Positions 23,586 to 37,300 of a stretch of DNA of 64,000 bases are shown piece after piece. The stretch is from NCBI RefSeq assembly GCF_006345805.1, contig NC_042999.1, positions 114,080,001 through 114,144,000 on the forward strand, given 5' to 3'. The DNA comes from Octopus sinensis. Taxonomy: Eukaryota. The notes beneath the pieces were generated by a model. That model was not told the DNA's origin. It did not search any database and worked only from the letters and a program-made list of their open reading frames with translations. Both the position numbers and the translations under genes were made by a program. Each line of letters starts with the position of its first letter. Within the stretch, counting starts at the first letter, position 1.

Positions 23586-26500
23586 ATAGTAAGAATTGAT
23601 ATTGCCTGAGATATACTGACACATTATGTGTGTGTGTGTGTGTGTATCATCATCATCGTTGTCTTCATTATATATAAACTAATGTTTGTTAACCTTATGC
23701 ATAACAGTTATTTCACAAAAAAATTGATAAATTAGGAAAAAATACAAAAGATTATAGAAGTTGAAGTCTGGTAATACTAAAGTCCAGAAACTGAATGACT
23801 TTTTATAAAATGAGAAAATAAGAAAGTCTGGTAAATCATGAAACTTGTCCTGAGCTAAAAAAAAAAAACATGACAGATGCTTAGACAAGCTTAATAGGAA
23901 ATAAATGGATATGAACGAGTTTTATAAATATACATACACAAGTGTGTTGTCCTATTATCCTGAAAGTAATGCAAAACAGGTATAAGTTTTTTATATATAT
24001 ATATATTATCATGATTTATAAATATTTGTTTCTCTCTTCTTGACTTGCCTTCGAAAGCAAAGATTTATGGAGCAGGATGTCTACATCTGGTGCAGGTTTC
24101 TCAATATTCAACAAGTCCAGGGTTGGTTATAGTATCCTTGTCTTTTTCTCCTTCTTCTCTGCATCATCAAGGTTAAAACTGATGTGGTGCTTTTGAAATG
24201 TTAAAACCTTGGTGATATAGAGAAGAGGATTGTATGTGTCGGATGAAAGTTGTTGAGGCAAATTTTCTATGGTTGGATGCCTTTCCTGTTGCCAACACTT
24301 AACTATTTTGAAGTAAGGTAATATTTTAGGACATTTTTTCATGGGAGATTGGAAATGAAGAACATCACCTGCATGATGGTGACACTCTCTTACAAGAATG
24401 AAGACAAGCAGAGACCAACTCACAAACAAGTACGCACAAACACACCCTTTATCTTTTACTTGTTACAATCATTTGACTGTAGCCATACTGGGGTTTAGTC
24501 AAACTAATTGATGTGTTTTGGTGTGTAGTGCAAGAAACAGTTTAGTTTCTTTTTCTAATGTTTTACATAGTTCAAACTACACAAGTTAATGTATGAAAAA
24601 CAAAATAGGAATTTTGAAAGGAGTTTCTATAAAACTAGTTTTTAAACATTGAATGGCTATGGGGTCCACCAGAATAAAGTGGTAATCAAAAGGGTCCATA
24701 GATAAAAAGATGGTTGAGAGCCCTTGGGTTATATGGTGTGCTTGGACCAGAATTCTGCCATATGAATTTATTTGCTTCAGTCACTGGAATCACAGCCATG
24801 CTAGGGCACCACCTTATAGGGGTTTTAGTCAAACAAATCAAGTATGTTACTTACTCTACCTCTCTTTTGTTAAACCATCAAGTTACAGGGATGTAAACAA
24901 ACCAACAATGGTTGTCAAGCAGTGAGGCAGGGTTGTGGACAGATGCAAACTCAATGATACACACATCGATATATACATATACATACAAGTGGATCTTTTG
25001 TGTTTCTCTCTCAGTTTTCTAACTTCTCACATATAAAGAGATTTAAATTAAAATACATTTAAATGTTTTTAAATTAAATGATATTCATTTTCATGGTCTT
25101 ATTAATAGAGTAAATAATTGTATGATGCTAATTAAATGTTCATGCTTAAACTTACATCATTTAAAATGGTTAATTCAGTGAAAAGGTATATATTTTACAA
25201 AAGAAAAACATACATGTGTGTGTGTGTGTGTGTGTGAGTTTGCATGTATGTATGTATGTATTTATACATATGACAGGCTTCTTTCAGTTTTCATCTATCA
25301 AACCCTTACACTCAAAGGCTTTGGTTGGCTGAAAACCTAAAGTAGAAGACACTTGCCCAAGGTGCCACACAGTGGGACTGAACTTGAAAGTGAATTTCTT
25401 GCTACACAATTATGCCTGTAGTTAAGAAGAATATTCATGCTGCAAAATGGATATAAGAACACTCACCTTTTGTTATTGCTGAAGAAGAATCACTATGGAA
25501 AATTACTCAGAGATGTCTGGTGCATGGAAACATAGTAGCAAAGTAGATGCTAACATGTTTGATGAATTAAGCCAAGAAAGTTTATTTATATTTAAATTAC
25601 ACTCTTTGTGATAAAAGCAGTCATTATCTGAATAATTCTGCTCAGAAAAGTTAGGGAGGCAACAACCAAATTTTTTTATGAATTAAAATAAATTAAATAT
25701 GGGATACAGTGGGGAATGAATCTGTTCTTTAGCAGTGGAGTGACTGCTCCATGCATGTTTCAGTATTATAACACCACATCAGTGCAGCTTGGTCTGACAC
25801 AGTGTCAGTTAGATAGCTCTTAGAGTAACTAAATAGATATTGGATTTTCATGGAATTAAAGAGAGTAATTTAACAACTTAAAAGGATGATTGAAAAGAAT
25901 ATTTGTAGATACCAGCTACTTAAAGAGTTTTTGCTGTTTTCTCTAGGTAAATCTCTCATATAATACTTAAAAAAAAAGAAGGGGTATAATTAAAGAAGGT
26001 TATGAATGGTCTGACATTAGAAACAGTTTAAGAAATAAAGGATTCACTTCTGTTGCCATAGGTATTATTTGATATATTGATACATTTGTACACTGGTAGT
26101 AATTAGGACTACTTCCACATTTCAAAATGTATTCATGCAGTTGGCAGATCAAATTACTATGAACTGACTTTTGTATAAAATGATCCAGAAAATGACCAGT
26201 TGGGTAGCTTGTCAAGAGAAATTTGATTGGGGTCATTTTATTTTATTTTAGTCACTCTCAGTCACTGACCTTAAACTGACACCAACCATGTGACTATTTA
26301 AATACAAAACTTGACAGCAACCTCCTTCAAAGTTTAACTTTATGATAATGAAAATAATTTTTTTTGTTTTTTATTAACCTCCTTCAAAGTTTAAGTTTAT
26401 GGGAATGAATATAATATTGTTAAATTAACTATAATAAATAAATAAGAATGTCAATTAAAATGTCAAATTGAATTAGCTTTTTTATAAGATAAATATATCT

Positions 26501-27227
26501 TAACATAAACTAATAAACCTTGAAATATATCACTTTAACAAGACTATTTTCATCAAACCTGTAGCCAAACTATTCCTTCTGGTGCTTTGTTAATCTCAGA
26601 GGGAGGGAAGTTCATACTTAGAGTTCATCTGGGCTGAACACTTTTCAAAGTAGACTTAGCTACCATGGCCTCTACATGTCTATGGTTATACTTTTTATTT
26701 ATTTTTTCATTGCTTATTCATTTACTTATTCATATCAGTGCTAAGGAGAGGAGATACTGGTAGTGTTCTCTCAATTCTACTGTTTGATTTGGAAAGGACA
26801 CATTGAATATTGTAATCCTAGGTGCCCTTAAAAAAACTGGAGCGTAATCCTAGATGCCCTTAAAAGGACAGACTGGAGTATCTTTGATCATAGGCTTTTT
26901 TATGTTTAGTCCTAAGTTTATTCTGTCAGAAGTGGGACTAAGCAACAGCAGCCAGGATCAGCGCTAGGAAGTGCAAGGCCCAATTAGAGAATTGTTAGTG
27001 GGGTCCTCTACTCTACAAAAGTTGAAGATTGATGTTTTATGCTTTGTGTAGTATGCCAGTCCCAGCCAAAAAGTGTTGAGAGCTTGAGGCACCACCATTA
27101 GCCACAATGATATACTAAAAATTGAAAGCTCATATGAAAGTTTTAATGTTTTATAACAAGCTGAGCATGCATATAGGGCACTCTTTGTTTTAGGTCCAAT
27201 TTGAACAAATCTCTCAAATTGGCTTAA

Positions 27228-27443
27228 CCTTTTAGTTTTTTAAGCCAGCTGTATTCAGCCCAAATATTCTTGTTTTACATTAAAACCTGCCAGAACTGGT
27301 TTCACACCTACCCTAAAATATCATTCTAAAAAATAGCAATCACACTATTGAAATCTTGAAGCTACAAGATAATGTTTGATTAATTAAAAACAATGTAAAT
27401 GAACAAGTATTACATTTGACAGAAAAATCTGAACACTAAAGGG
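27228..27443 (-). mobile_element. piggyBac-type MITE family 1
   Basis: TTAA on both sides. Right end TGAACACTAAAGGG is identical to the piggyBac right TIR at 62231-62244. Confidence 0.85.
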
Positions 27444-29418
27444 TTAAAGCCAGCCCTGACAGAAGCAACTTGAGTGTCCTTATCATTGGCTTCTGTTACC
27501 TCAGATTTGGAGTGAAGTGTGGAGAAGATTTTGTTACATTCATAAGTTTCTCCTGAGTATTAGGGACATACATGTAGGGAAATTGCTAGCGGATATCAAA
27601 ACCAGCTTCTAAATTTTGCTTGCAAGGAGACCATATGTTCTTTGTATGAAAATATTTAAAACAACTCTTTGTAGTCCAAATTCTTTGTGGTCAAGGAAAA
27701 AAGGAACCTCAACTTATTTTTCTAATGTCAACCAGTTTATTTTAAGGCAAGGTAATTACCTATTTTCCAGGTAGAGAAACAAAGCTTTATGTGAAATGGG
27801 ATGGGTTATGGGTCTATCTTACCTTTTATTTGTTTTTATTTAAAGTAAAATATATTTACCTTTTCTGTAATGTAAATCTGACATAATCTATAGGCTTATA
27901 GAGACAGCATAGAATAACTTAAGGAAGCTTTAGTGGAGTCATTACTTGTTCTCTTCTTTAAGTCCATAGAAAACATGGCAAACTAACAAAACACTTTCTG
28001 CCAACTACAGGCAACTGTACTATACTTTTTTCAACTATGACACTTATTTTTAAAACTAGGTGCACCCAGTTATTGAAAATTGATATTTTTTGCCAATGAT
28101 AGACTAGCTATATGCTAGTTTGACCAGCTAAAAAGTAACAGTGAAATTTCCCTTCCACCCACTATCCTAAAATAAAGAGAGCAATTTGGATAATACTTTA
28201 TCTCTATTTAAAAAAAAAAAGACAGGAAGATCAAGACTGGAACATTTTTGATTATAGGTGCAAGCATGGCTGCTTCTCAGCCTCATGGCTCCAGTGTCAG
28301 TCTCACAGCATGATACCTTGGGCAAGTGTCTTCTACCGTAACCTTTGGCTGACCAAAGCTTTGTGAGTGGATTTGGCTGACAGAAACTGAAAGAAGCCCA
28401 TCATATTATCATCATCATCATCGTTTAAGGTCTACTTTTCATGCTGGCATGGGTTGGACAGTTTGACAGGAGTTGGTTAGGCAGGAACCTGCCCCAGACT
28501 TGTGCTTGTTTTGGCAGGGTTTTTATGGTTGGATGCCCTTCCTAACACCAACCACCCAGCAGAGTGTATGTATGTATGCATGTGTATGTGGGTGGGTGGG
28601 TGTTTGTCTCCCATCATCACTTGACAACCAGTGCTGGTGTATTTACATTCCTATAGCTTAGCAGTTGAGCAAAAGGGGCTTAAAACAAAAATAAGCACTG
28701 GGACCAGTCAATTAACAAGAAAAAAGGAAATTCTTCGAGGCAGTGCCCCAACATGGCCACTGTCTAATGACTAAAACAAGTTAAAGTTAAAATATAGGTC
28801 TACTGAATAAAGGTTAATGTAAGATTAAATAAGTATTTTTGATAAGGCCTCACTGCACAGTAACAGTGACAAAATATAAAGTAATACTCTATCAAATATG
28901 CTTGAGCAAGACACTTTATTCTAGAAATGAGTTGTGATGTCACTGGTGCCAAGCTGTATCAGCCTTTGCCTTTCCCTTGAACAACATAAGTGGCATGGAG
29001 AGGGGAGGCTGGTATGCATGGGCAACTGCTAGCCTTCTACAAAAACAACCTTGCCTGGACTTGTGCTTTTGTGGGGAGCTTTCTAAGTGCAACCCCATGG
29101 TCATTCATGACTGAAGGAGGTCTTTACCTTTTCTGTTTTTACTCTATCAAACTGTAGGCTAGTTCTTTATTAGTTGTAGCCTTACTCTCATATCTGACTA
29201 GATTAATTTTTATGATGTACCTGAAGGCCTGCAAAGTCCATCTGGTATCAGTGAGCTAAACCTTGACTTCAGATTAGAATTCGGTGAATTCATAAATATT
29301 TGGAGATCAATAAAAGAAACTAAAATGGAAACTTAACATAGAATTGGTGTCATCTTGAAGGCTCTGCTTAATCCAAGACAGAGTTGAGTTCCACTCTAGT
29401 CTTGAACTTTATACATTA

Positions 29419-29811
29419 CTAGCAGTATCGCCCGTCGTTGCTCAGGTTTGTTTCAACCCTTTAGAATTAGAATTTTTGAAAAGTAAAAGTTTTGCATTAT
29501 GTAGCTTGTTATTCTCTTTAAGTGAACATTTTTCTGGTTGAAATACACCAAAAAATGGCGACACAGCATTAAAAAAAAAACGTAAAAAATAGGGATTTTC
29601 ATAGAAAAAAGTACCTTTTTGATGTAAATAATTTTTGGTGTTAACATGGTCCAATTTGAATTTTTTCTTCTAAGGAAGGAAGAGCAAGCCTTCTTCTCTC
29701 ATACTCTCAATTTTGGTCAACTTGTGCCACAGGGTCTTGGAGGAGATAGTGTTAGTTGAAGGCTACCAAACCTGCCACACAGAGACAATTTCAGCTTTAT
29801 ATATAGAGAGA
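29419..29811 (-). mobile_element. Non-autonomous Helitron (~393 bp)
   Basis: Minus strand: A|TCTCTCTATATATAAAG...CCTGAGCAACGACGGG hairpin, 8 nt, CTAG|T. This gives 5' TC, 3' CTAG, a subterminal hairpin, an A^T target and no TSD. Confidence 0.82.
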
Positions 29812-29817
29812 TTATAC

Positions 29818-30061
29818 CAGTGTTTCTCAACCATTCTCTTATCTTTGGACCATTTGATTTCTGTCTTATTTAGATAGACCATCCTAGCCATTCGGTGTTC
29901 AAAAAATCTGATCATATTTTTATAATTAAATATTATTAGGAATTGTATCAAAATATTTTGTGTATTGCAGAAGTATAACCAATTTATTGCAGGCTAAATT
30001 TTAACAACAAAATCTTATGTGGACTCCCAGGGATCATATGGACCCTGCTTGTGAACTGCTG
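29818..30061. mobile_element. hAT (Charlie/MER5-like) MITE, decayed
   Basis: CAGTGTTTCTCAACC left terminus and a degenerate right terminus. Confidence 0.55.
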
Positions 30062-30093
30062 CATTATATTTACAGGTACTTAGTTAACTGTGG

Positions 30094-30592
30094 GGGCACA
30101 TGGCTTAGTGGTTAGGGTGTTGAACTCATGGTCGTAAGGTTGTGGTTTCGAATCCTGGACCGGGCGATGCGTTGTGTTCGTGAGCAAAACGCTTCATATT
30201 CACGTTACTCCAGCCCACTCAGCTGGCAAAAATGAGTAATCCTGCAATGGACTGGCATCCCGTCCAGGTGGGGAATTTCTACGCCACTGAAACCAGGAAA
30301 CCGGCCCCTATGAGCCTAGCATGGCTTGAGAAGGAACATTTGTGGAGGCGCATAGCTTAGTGGTTAGGGTGTCAGCACCACGATCATAAGATTGTGGTTT
30401 CGATTCCTGGACCGGGCAACATGTTGTGTTCTTGAGCAAAACACTTCACTTCACATTGCTCCAGTCCACTCAGCTGGCAAAAATGAGTAACGCTGCGATG
30501 GACTGGCGTCCCGTCCAGCTGGGGAACACATACGCCATAGAAACCGGGAAAACAGGCCCATGAGCCTGGCTAGGCTTTAAAAGAGCGCATTT
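30094..30592 (+). mobile_element. Two tandem SINE family E copies (30094-30340, 30346-30592)
   Basis: Each has TGGCTTAGTGG/TAGCTTAGTGG and GGTTTCGA(A/T)TCC boxes and a GAAACC(A/G)GGAAA...CATGAGCCT tail. Confidence 0.88.
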
Positions 30593-31486
30593 ATTTATTA
30601 TATACTTAGTTAACTTAGCTTTAATTTACTAAAACAGGCTTTATCAAAATCATTACATATCAACAAATACTCATCCTGAAAATTATTTCTCTGCCTCTGC
30701 TCATAGTTTTTTTTTCCTCCTTCTAACCACCAGACTACAGATATTTTTCACCAATTTATTTTCTTCTCTCGTATATATCTGTGTCTGTCAGTGTGTGTGT
30801 GTGTGTGTGTGTGTATACATAGTATTATGTATGTATGTACATATGTATGTGTGTATGTATGTATGCAACAAATTTCATAGAAAAGAATGTATGCATGTAT
30901 GTATGTACGTATGTGTATACATATGTATGTATGTATGTATGTATGTATATATGTATGTGCGTATCTATGTATGTATGTAGTATGCAGCAAGTCTTATAGA
31001 AAAGGAGCGTGAGAGTAGGGAAGGTATAATACAGATGTTTCTTTGAAGAAAAGTTGTTTGGTTTATGTTGTGGCATGAGTTTATACTACAGGTGATAGGC
31101 TGAGTGAAGCCAAATCTGATGTCTGAATTTCACTTTTCTAATCACTGAACTTACCAACCAGCTAAACACTGAAGCTAACAAACAAAAGAACTAGTGATTA
31201 TATTAAGTTCCATGGCACCTAATCAGTCTGGTGTTTATTGTGGCAATTGTATTAATTGTCAGCTTCACATGTCTGTTCTTTAACACTATAACATAAAAGG
31301 TTAATGGGGTTAAAACTCTGGGAATGGCTCAATCAAACAATATTTATATCATTATATATGTATAATAAGTAATGTTAATTACTTAACGTTTTTTATCAAA
31401 TCAAAAAGGATCCATCAATGGGATGTCAGTCTTACTGACTTCAGTGTGAATCTAGTGCTACACAATAATTAAATATTTCTTTTTAA

Positions 31487-31706
31487 CCTTTTAGCATTCA
31501 GACTTCTCTGTCAAATGTAATGCTAATTTGTTCACATTGTTTCGAGTTTATCCTGCATTGTCTCACAGCTTTCAGATTTCAATGGCTCGTTTGTATGTTT
31601 TTAGACTGACATAGTAGGGTAGGTATGAGAGACTGGATCTGGCCAGTTTGACCATAAAATAGGTAGAATATTTTGATTAGATATGGTTAGTTTAAATGCC
31701 AGCAGG
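31487..31706 (+). mobile_element. piggyBac-type MITE family 1
   Basis: TTAA-CCTTTTAGCATTCAG...AAATGCCAGCAGG-TTAA. Confidence 0.83.
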
Positions 31707-34552
31707 TTAATATTCAATTAAATAGTGAATCAGCAGCTGTGTATAATGAGATGCTGCCTCTTATAATGAGCTAGGAAGACATGGGAATCATGTGACAAAG
31801 CAACAGATGCAATGCAGCTTCAGTAGAGAGATACAAACTAAAATACAAACTCAGAATGTAAAAAGATGGAAACAGACAGTGCAAGGTATTTTGTCTGAAG
31901 CTCTAATGGTTCTACTAATCCACCATTATAATATTGTCAAATTTTCTATTCTTCTGATTGGAGGAATCTTACTGGATGATATAGGTGCAGTTATAACTCT
32001 GTGTGTAACAAGTTTGTTTCCCAAAAACGTGATTTCAGGTTCAGTTCCACAGCATGTCGCCTTGGGCAAATATATTCTGTTGTAGGCCCGGGCTGTTCAA
32101 AGTCTTGTAAGTGGATTAGAAAACAGAAACTGAAAGAAGCCTGTCTCGTATATAATATCATCATCATCATCATCAGCATCATTTAACATCTGCTTTCCAT
32201 GCTGGTATAGGTTGGATGGTTTAACAGGAGCTGGCTAGGCAGAAGGCTGTTTTGGCTTGGTTTTTACAGCTGGATGCCCTTTCCAACACCAACTATCCTG
32301 CAGAGGACTATATATAATAAGAAGAGTGATTAGCAAGTCAAGCAACTACCACTGAAACCCATCCCACCTGCCATTGGCATCAGCTTGTAGTTGATATGGA
32401 ATCATTTCTGATTGTATGGATCTCTTCTAGAGTTATGACAGTGTTAAAATATTTCATGCAAAGAACTTTTGAAAAAACATGCTTTACTCCTATGCAGTGA
32501 TGAAAGAAGGTAATGACTAATATTGTTTTCACTTTCTTTTTCAGGCAAGTACTGGACACAACTCTGCACCCATTTCTATTGTATTCTGGCCTCATCAGCA
32601 AACCATACCCTCATCAGCGAAGCATAACCTTCATCATCATTATCATCATTGTCTCACCATTGTCGTATCATCCAGTTTTCCATGCTGGTTTCCCCCCAAG
32701 TAAGGTGACATTTACCCTTATCCAGGCATGTTTTCACTGAAGACTGGACATAAAGGACACTGCTTACATGACAGTAAATCCATTTTATAACTATTTGGCA
32801 ATGTCAAGGCAAGGACACAGTAACACAAACACACACATTATAAAGGAGATGGCTATCCACTCATGATTGAAGAAGACCATCACTGACCATTATCCATGCA
32901 AAATGCCAGCAATGCCTGTGCATGAGGTTATTGCACCAGCAGTCAGCTTCAACCAGATTTACATCTGCAGCTTTTATGCTTGTTATGGTGCTCTCCTACT
33001 TGACTGGGCATCAGATAGTTGCTTTACTGCTAATTGCAAAACCTAAAATTTTAGGTCCAATAAGGCTTGCACAGCACCTCATAGACCCTCTCCACCCTGC
33101 TGATATGATCCAGAGACAAGTAAAGGATGGATGAACCTAGTGTAGGTTCAACAACTATCTAGTGATAGCATGAGCCCTCAAGAATTTCAGGTTGGTGTCC
33201 TACATGCTGGAAGATTACTGGGAATGTGACACCCCTTAGCTTTGTTGAAGCATGTCTCTGGGAAAAGGTCACTCTGATATAAAGCCAGATATGCAGGGGA
33301 TGGTATTGAACATTTAGGGGATCTTTTGTCTGCACTTGGGATCATGGCACTCCCACAATCCTGAGTCTGTAAACCATCCATCCATCCATCCATACATACA
33401 TACATACATACGTACATACATACATTACATCCATACATACACACATGCATACATATATATCCATGCTGGTGCCACTTAAAAAGCACTTGTGCTGGTGCTA
33501 TGCATAAACCACCCAGTACACACTGTAAAGTGGTTGTCATTAAGAAAAGCATCCAGCTGTAGAAACCATGCCAAAACAGACATGGAACCTGGGAAGCTCT
33601 TCAGATGGCCAGCTTCTGTCAAATTGTCCAACCCATGCCAGCATGGAAAACAGACATTAAATGATGATGATGATGATGATGATATATGGGTCACCTACAC
33701 AATAGGCTTCTTTCAGTTTCTGTCTACCAAATCCACTCACAAGTGGTTGACTGGGAGCTATAGGAGAAGACAGTTGCCCAAGTGGGCCAAACCTTGAACC
33801 ATTTGGTTAGGAATCAAACTTCTTATTACACTTCTACACCTGCTCATTATCAATTGATTTTAATTTATTCATATGATATTCTTTTCAGTCATTAGATCTC
33901 TGATATATTGAGGTAATGCCTTCAACACTTTTATTAACAACAGGGTTTATTTTAGTTGCAAAACCAACTTTTAACAACACAGCTAGAATGTTTATTTTTA
34001 AAGCTATTATATTATGCAATAAAAAAGAATTCAGGAATTTGATCAAGGGCTTGGCTTTTTGTATTGTTTACAATTTATATAACATCATAATCATCATCAT
34101 CATTGTCATTGTTGCTGTTATTATCAATATGAGATTATCATAATTCTAATCAACATTATCTGTGTACGATAAACACTACATAGCTACTCTTAGCAAAATC
34201 ATAATCATCATTATTATCATTGTCGACATCATTATCATTATTATCATCATTGCCTTCATCATCATTGTCGTCACTCTCTGCCTTTGATTATAATAATTAC
34301 AAACAAGCTGCATAGTAGTCCAGTAAAATAGACAAACAGAATAAATACCAGATTTAACCCTTTAGCATTTAAATCAGCTTTATATCTGGCCTAAATATTC
34401 TATATGTTTTGTGTTGAAACTGGCCAGCTCCAGCTCTCACACTTACTATTTCATTTTAAAAGTAAACAATCCCATCATCTTTCGTTTTTGGATTTGGTTT
34501 GCAAGATTCTTTATATGAATTCGTGTGTTGAAGCATATTTTGTTGTGTTGGG

Positions 34553-34871
34553 GGAGAGTCATTTTCTTTTTGTGCCTTATAATGTAACACACTCACCGGT
34601 AAAATTTCCACTTATTTATTATTTTTATTTTCCTAAAATTTTCATTGCATCTTGCAACCTTTTCAATAGTCTCTCCCCTCTCCATGCCACTGATGCTGTC
34701 CAAGAGAAAGGCAAAGGCTGATTCAGCTTGGCACTAGTGACATAGCAACTCAAGACTATTGAAAAGGTTGCAAGATGCAACGAAAATTCTAGGAAAATAA
34801 AAATAATAAATAAGTGGAAATTTTACAGGTGAGTGTGTTACATTATAAGGCACAAAAGAAAATGACTCTCC
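34553..34871. repeat. Inverted repeat (~119-bp arms, 80-bp spacer) of repeat family H2
   Basis: 34553-34672 versus 34753-34871, few mismatches. The spacer duplicates SINE C sequence at 34978-35056. Confidence 0.93.
34754..34793 (+). ncRNA. Minimal hammerhead-like motif, U3-A8 variant (family H2)
   Basis: CTA-TTGAAAA-G-GTTGC(aagat)GCAAC-GAAA-AT-TC-TAG. Mirror copy on the minus strand at 34632-34671. Confidence 0.6.
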
Positions 34872-35192
34872 TTGGTTTGTGAATGACCATAGGATTGCAC
34901 CTAGGAAGTTACCCTCTGAGGCACAAGTCTGGGCAAGGTTGTTTATGGAAACCAGCAGTTGCCCATGCATACCAGCTTCCCCTCTCCATGCCACTGATGC
35001 TGTCCAAGAGAAAGGCAAAGGCCGATTCAGCTTGGCACTAGTGACATAGCAACTCATTTCTACAACTGAGTGAACTGGAGCAATGTGAAGTAAAGTGTTT
35101 TGCCCAAGAACACAACACACAACTCAGTCCAGGAATCAAACTCACTACCTCATGATTGTGAGCCCAATGTTCTAACCACTGAGCCATGGCAC
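34872..35192 (-). mobile_element. SINE family C
   Basis: Reverse complement of 5015-5345. A second copy follows at ~35258-35502. Confidence 0.87.
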
Positions 35193-36209
35193 CTGTATAG
35201 CTCAGAGAAATGATCGAGAACCTCCATTGTCCTGAAAATAAAGGGCAAAGGGTAAATACCCTCTTTGATTGTGAATGACCATGGGATTGCACCTAGAAAG
35301 TTAACCTCCAAGGCACAAGTCCAGAATACCAGCCTCCCCTCTTCATGCCACTGATGTTACCCAAGGGAAAGGCAAAGACTGATATAGCTTAGCACCAGTG
35401 ACATCACAACATATTTCTACAGCTGAGTAAACTAGAGGTCCAGGAATTGAACTCACTACCTTATGACTGTGAGCGTGATGCTCTAACCACTGAGCCATGC
35501 ACCTTCACATCCATGAAGATAGCACAAATGATTTTAGATATGTTGGTCAAACCACAGATTGCTGTACCAATAGCTTTCTGTAATCTCAGAAGTAGTAACT
35601 CTCTCCCAGTCTGGTATTGCTGCTGCCGTTAACCATGAATGCCTGTTGCAGATTGTCTTTATGTGTGACAATAAATTCTTCTGTTAAATGTTTGCGGGTT
35701 TTGCTCAGTTATTTCTTCATGCAGCCAAGAAGCATATTTCCATTCATTAACTCAATCAGCTACCATAGCAACATTAACAAAACAGATAACAACCAACGCG
35801 ACAGTGGTGATACAGCCAAGAGCCAATAACACTTGTGACACTCTAAATCTAAACTCCTTGAAAATCTGGCTAATTTCTAGCCTTATGACCCTGTAAGCTT
35901 TGAGACAGACACTTTTGTTTGTTTGTTTTTTTTTTGGTTTTTTTTGTTTGTTTGTTTTTTGTATGGCTATGTAATTAAGAATTTTCCTTTCCAACCATAT
36001 GGTTTCGAGTTCAGTCCCATTGCATGGCACTTTGGAAAAGTGTCTTCTATAATAGCCCTGAGCTGAGCAAAGCCTGGTGGGTGGCTTTTGGTTGATGAAA
36101 ACTGAAAGAAGCCTGTCATGTCCATGTGTGTGAGTGTTTTCTACTATAGCCCTAGGCCAACTAATAACTTAGGATAGATTTGGTAGATAGATACTGTGTG
36201 GAAACCTAT

Positions 36210-36274
<65 letters not shown>

Positions 36275-36284
36275 TATATATTCT

Positions 36285-36630
36285 TTTATTCTTTTACTTG
36301 TTTCAGTCATTTAATTGCAGTCATGCTGGAGCACTGCCTCAATGGATTTTAGTTGAAGAAATCGACCCCAGGACTTATTCTCTGTAAGCCTAGTACTTAT
36401 TCTATCAGTCTCTTTTGCCAAACTGCTAAGTTTTGGGATCATAAACACACCAGCATTGGTTATCAAGCGAAGGCAGGAAGACAAACTCACACACACACAC
36501 ACATATATATATATACACACAAAACGGGCTTCTTTCTGTTTCTGTCTACCAAATCCACTCACAAGGCTTTGGTTGGCATGAGGCTATAGTAGAGGACACT
36601 TGCCCAAGGTGTCACACAGTGGACTGAACC
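36285..36630 (-). mobile_element. SINE family A
   Basis: Reverse complement of 50907-51302, 5' head truncated. Confidence 0.85.
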
Positions 36631-37129
36631 TTCTTATTTCTTTATTGCCCACAAGGGGACAAACAAAGACAGACAAAGGGATTAAGTCTATTACATCGAC
36701 CCCAGTGCATAACTGGTACTGAAATTATCGGCCCCAAAAGGATGAAAGGCAGAATTTGAACTCAGAACATAACAGCAGACGAAATACCGATAAGCATTTC
36801 GCCCGGCATACTAATGTTTCTGCCAGCTCACCGCCTTACTACACACACACATATATATATATGTCTGTATGTGTGTGCTGTGTATGTGTGTATTTTTGTG
36901 TCCCCTTGTTTTGACACCATGTGATAGTTGTAAATAACTGCCATGTCATCAAGCAGTGTCATTTGTTTTTAATATTCTGTGGAAACATCAGGTCATGGGG
37001 AGATACTACCTTGCTTGGAAATGGGTGAGGATTGGCAATGAGAAGGGCATCTGGCTGTAGAAAATCTGTCTCAGTAAATTGCACCACAGCCATGCAAGCA
37101 TGGAAAAGTGGACATTAAAATGATAATGA

Positions 37130-37150
37130 AGATAATGACAATAATGACAA

Positions 37151-37183
<33 letters not shown>

Positions 37184-37300
37184 CAGTGGCAGCAGTGGTG
37201 GTGGTGATGAAGATGATGATGAAAATGATAAAGATGATGATGATAATGATGAGGATGATGACGATGGTGAAGGTGATAATGATGATATAATGATAAGGAG
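37130..37300. repeat. Mixed trinucleotide run (GAT/GGT/GAA)n extending an RTE family 1 tail
   Basis: Follows CATGCAAGCATGGAAAAGTGGACATTAAAATGAT. Confidence 0.85.

Noticed and set aside
24050-24190. Coding-looking minus-strand stretch (NLDDAEKKEKK...) with a GC-type donor
   Set aside because: Stops occur in all three frames between the candidate splice sites.
25467-25492. 26-nt minus-strand exon candidate with AG|GTGAGT donor
   Set aside because: It is not frame-preserving, has a modest acceptor and no homology. Expected by chance.
26325-26410. Short local direct duplications (also 22315, 26815 and 10310/10910)
   Set aside because: These are ordinary slippage duplications of 25-57 bp with no further structure.
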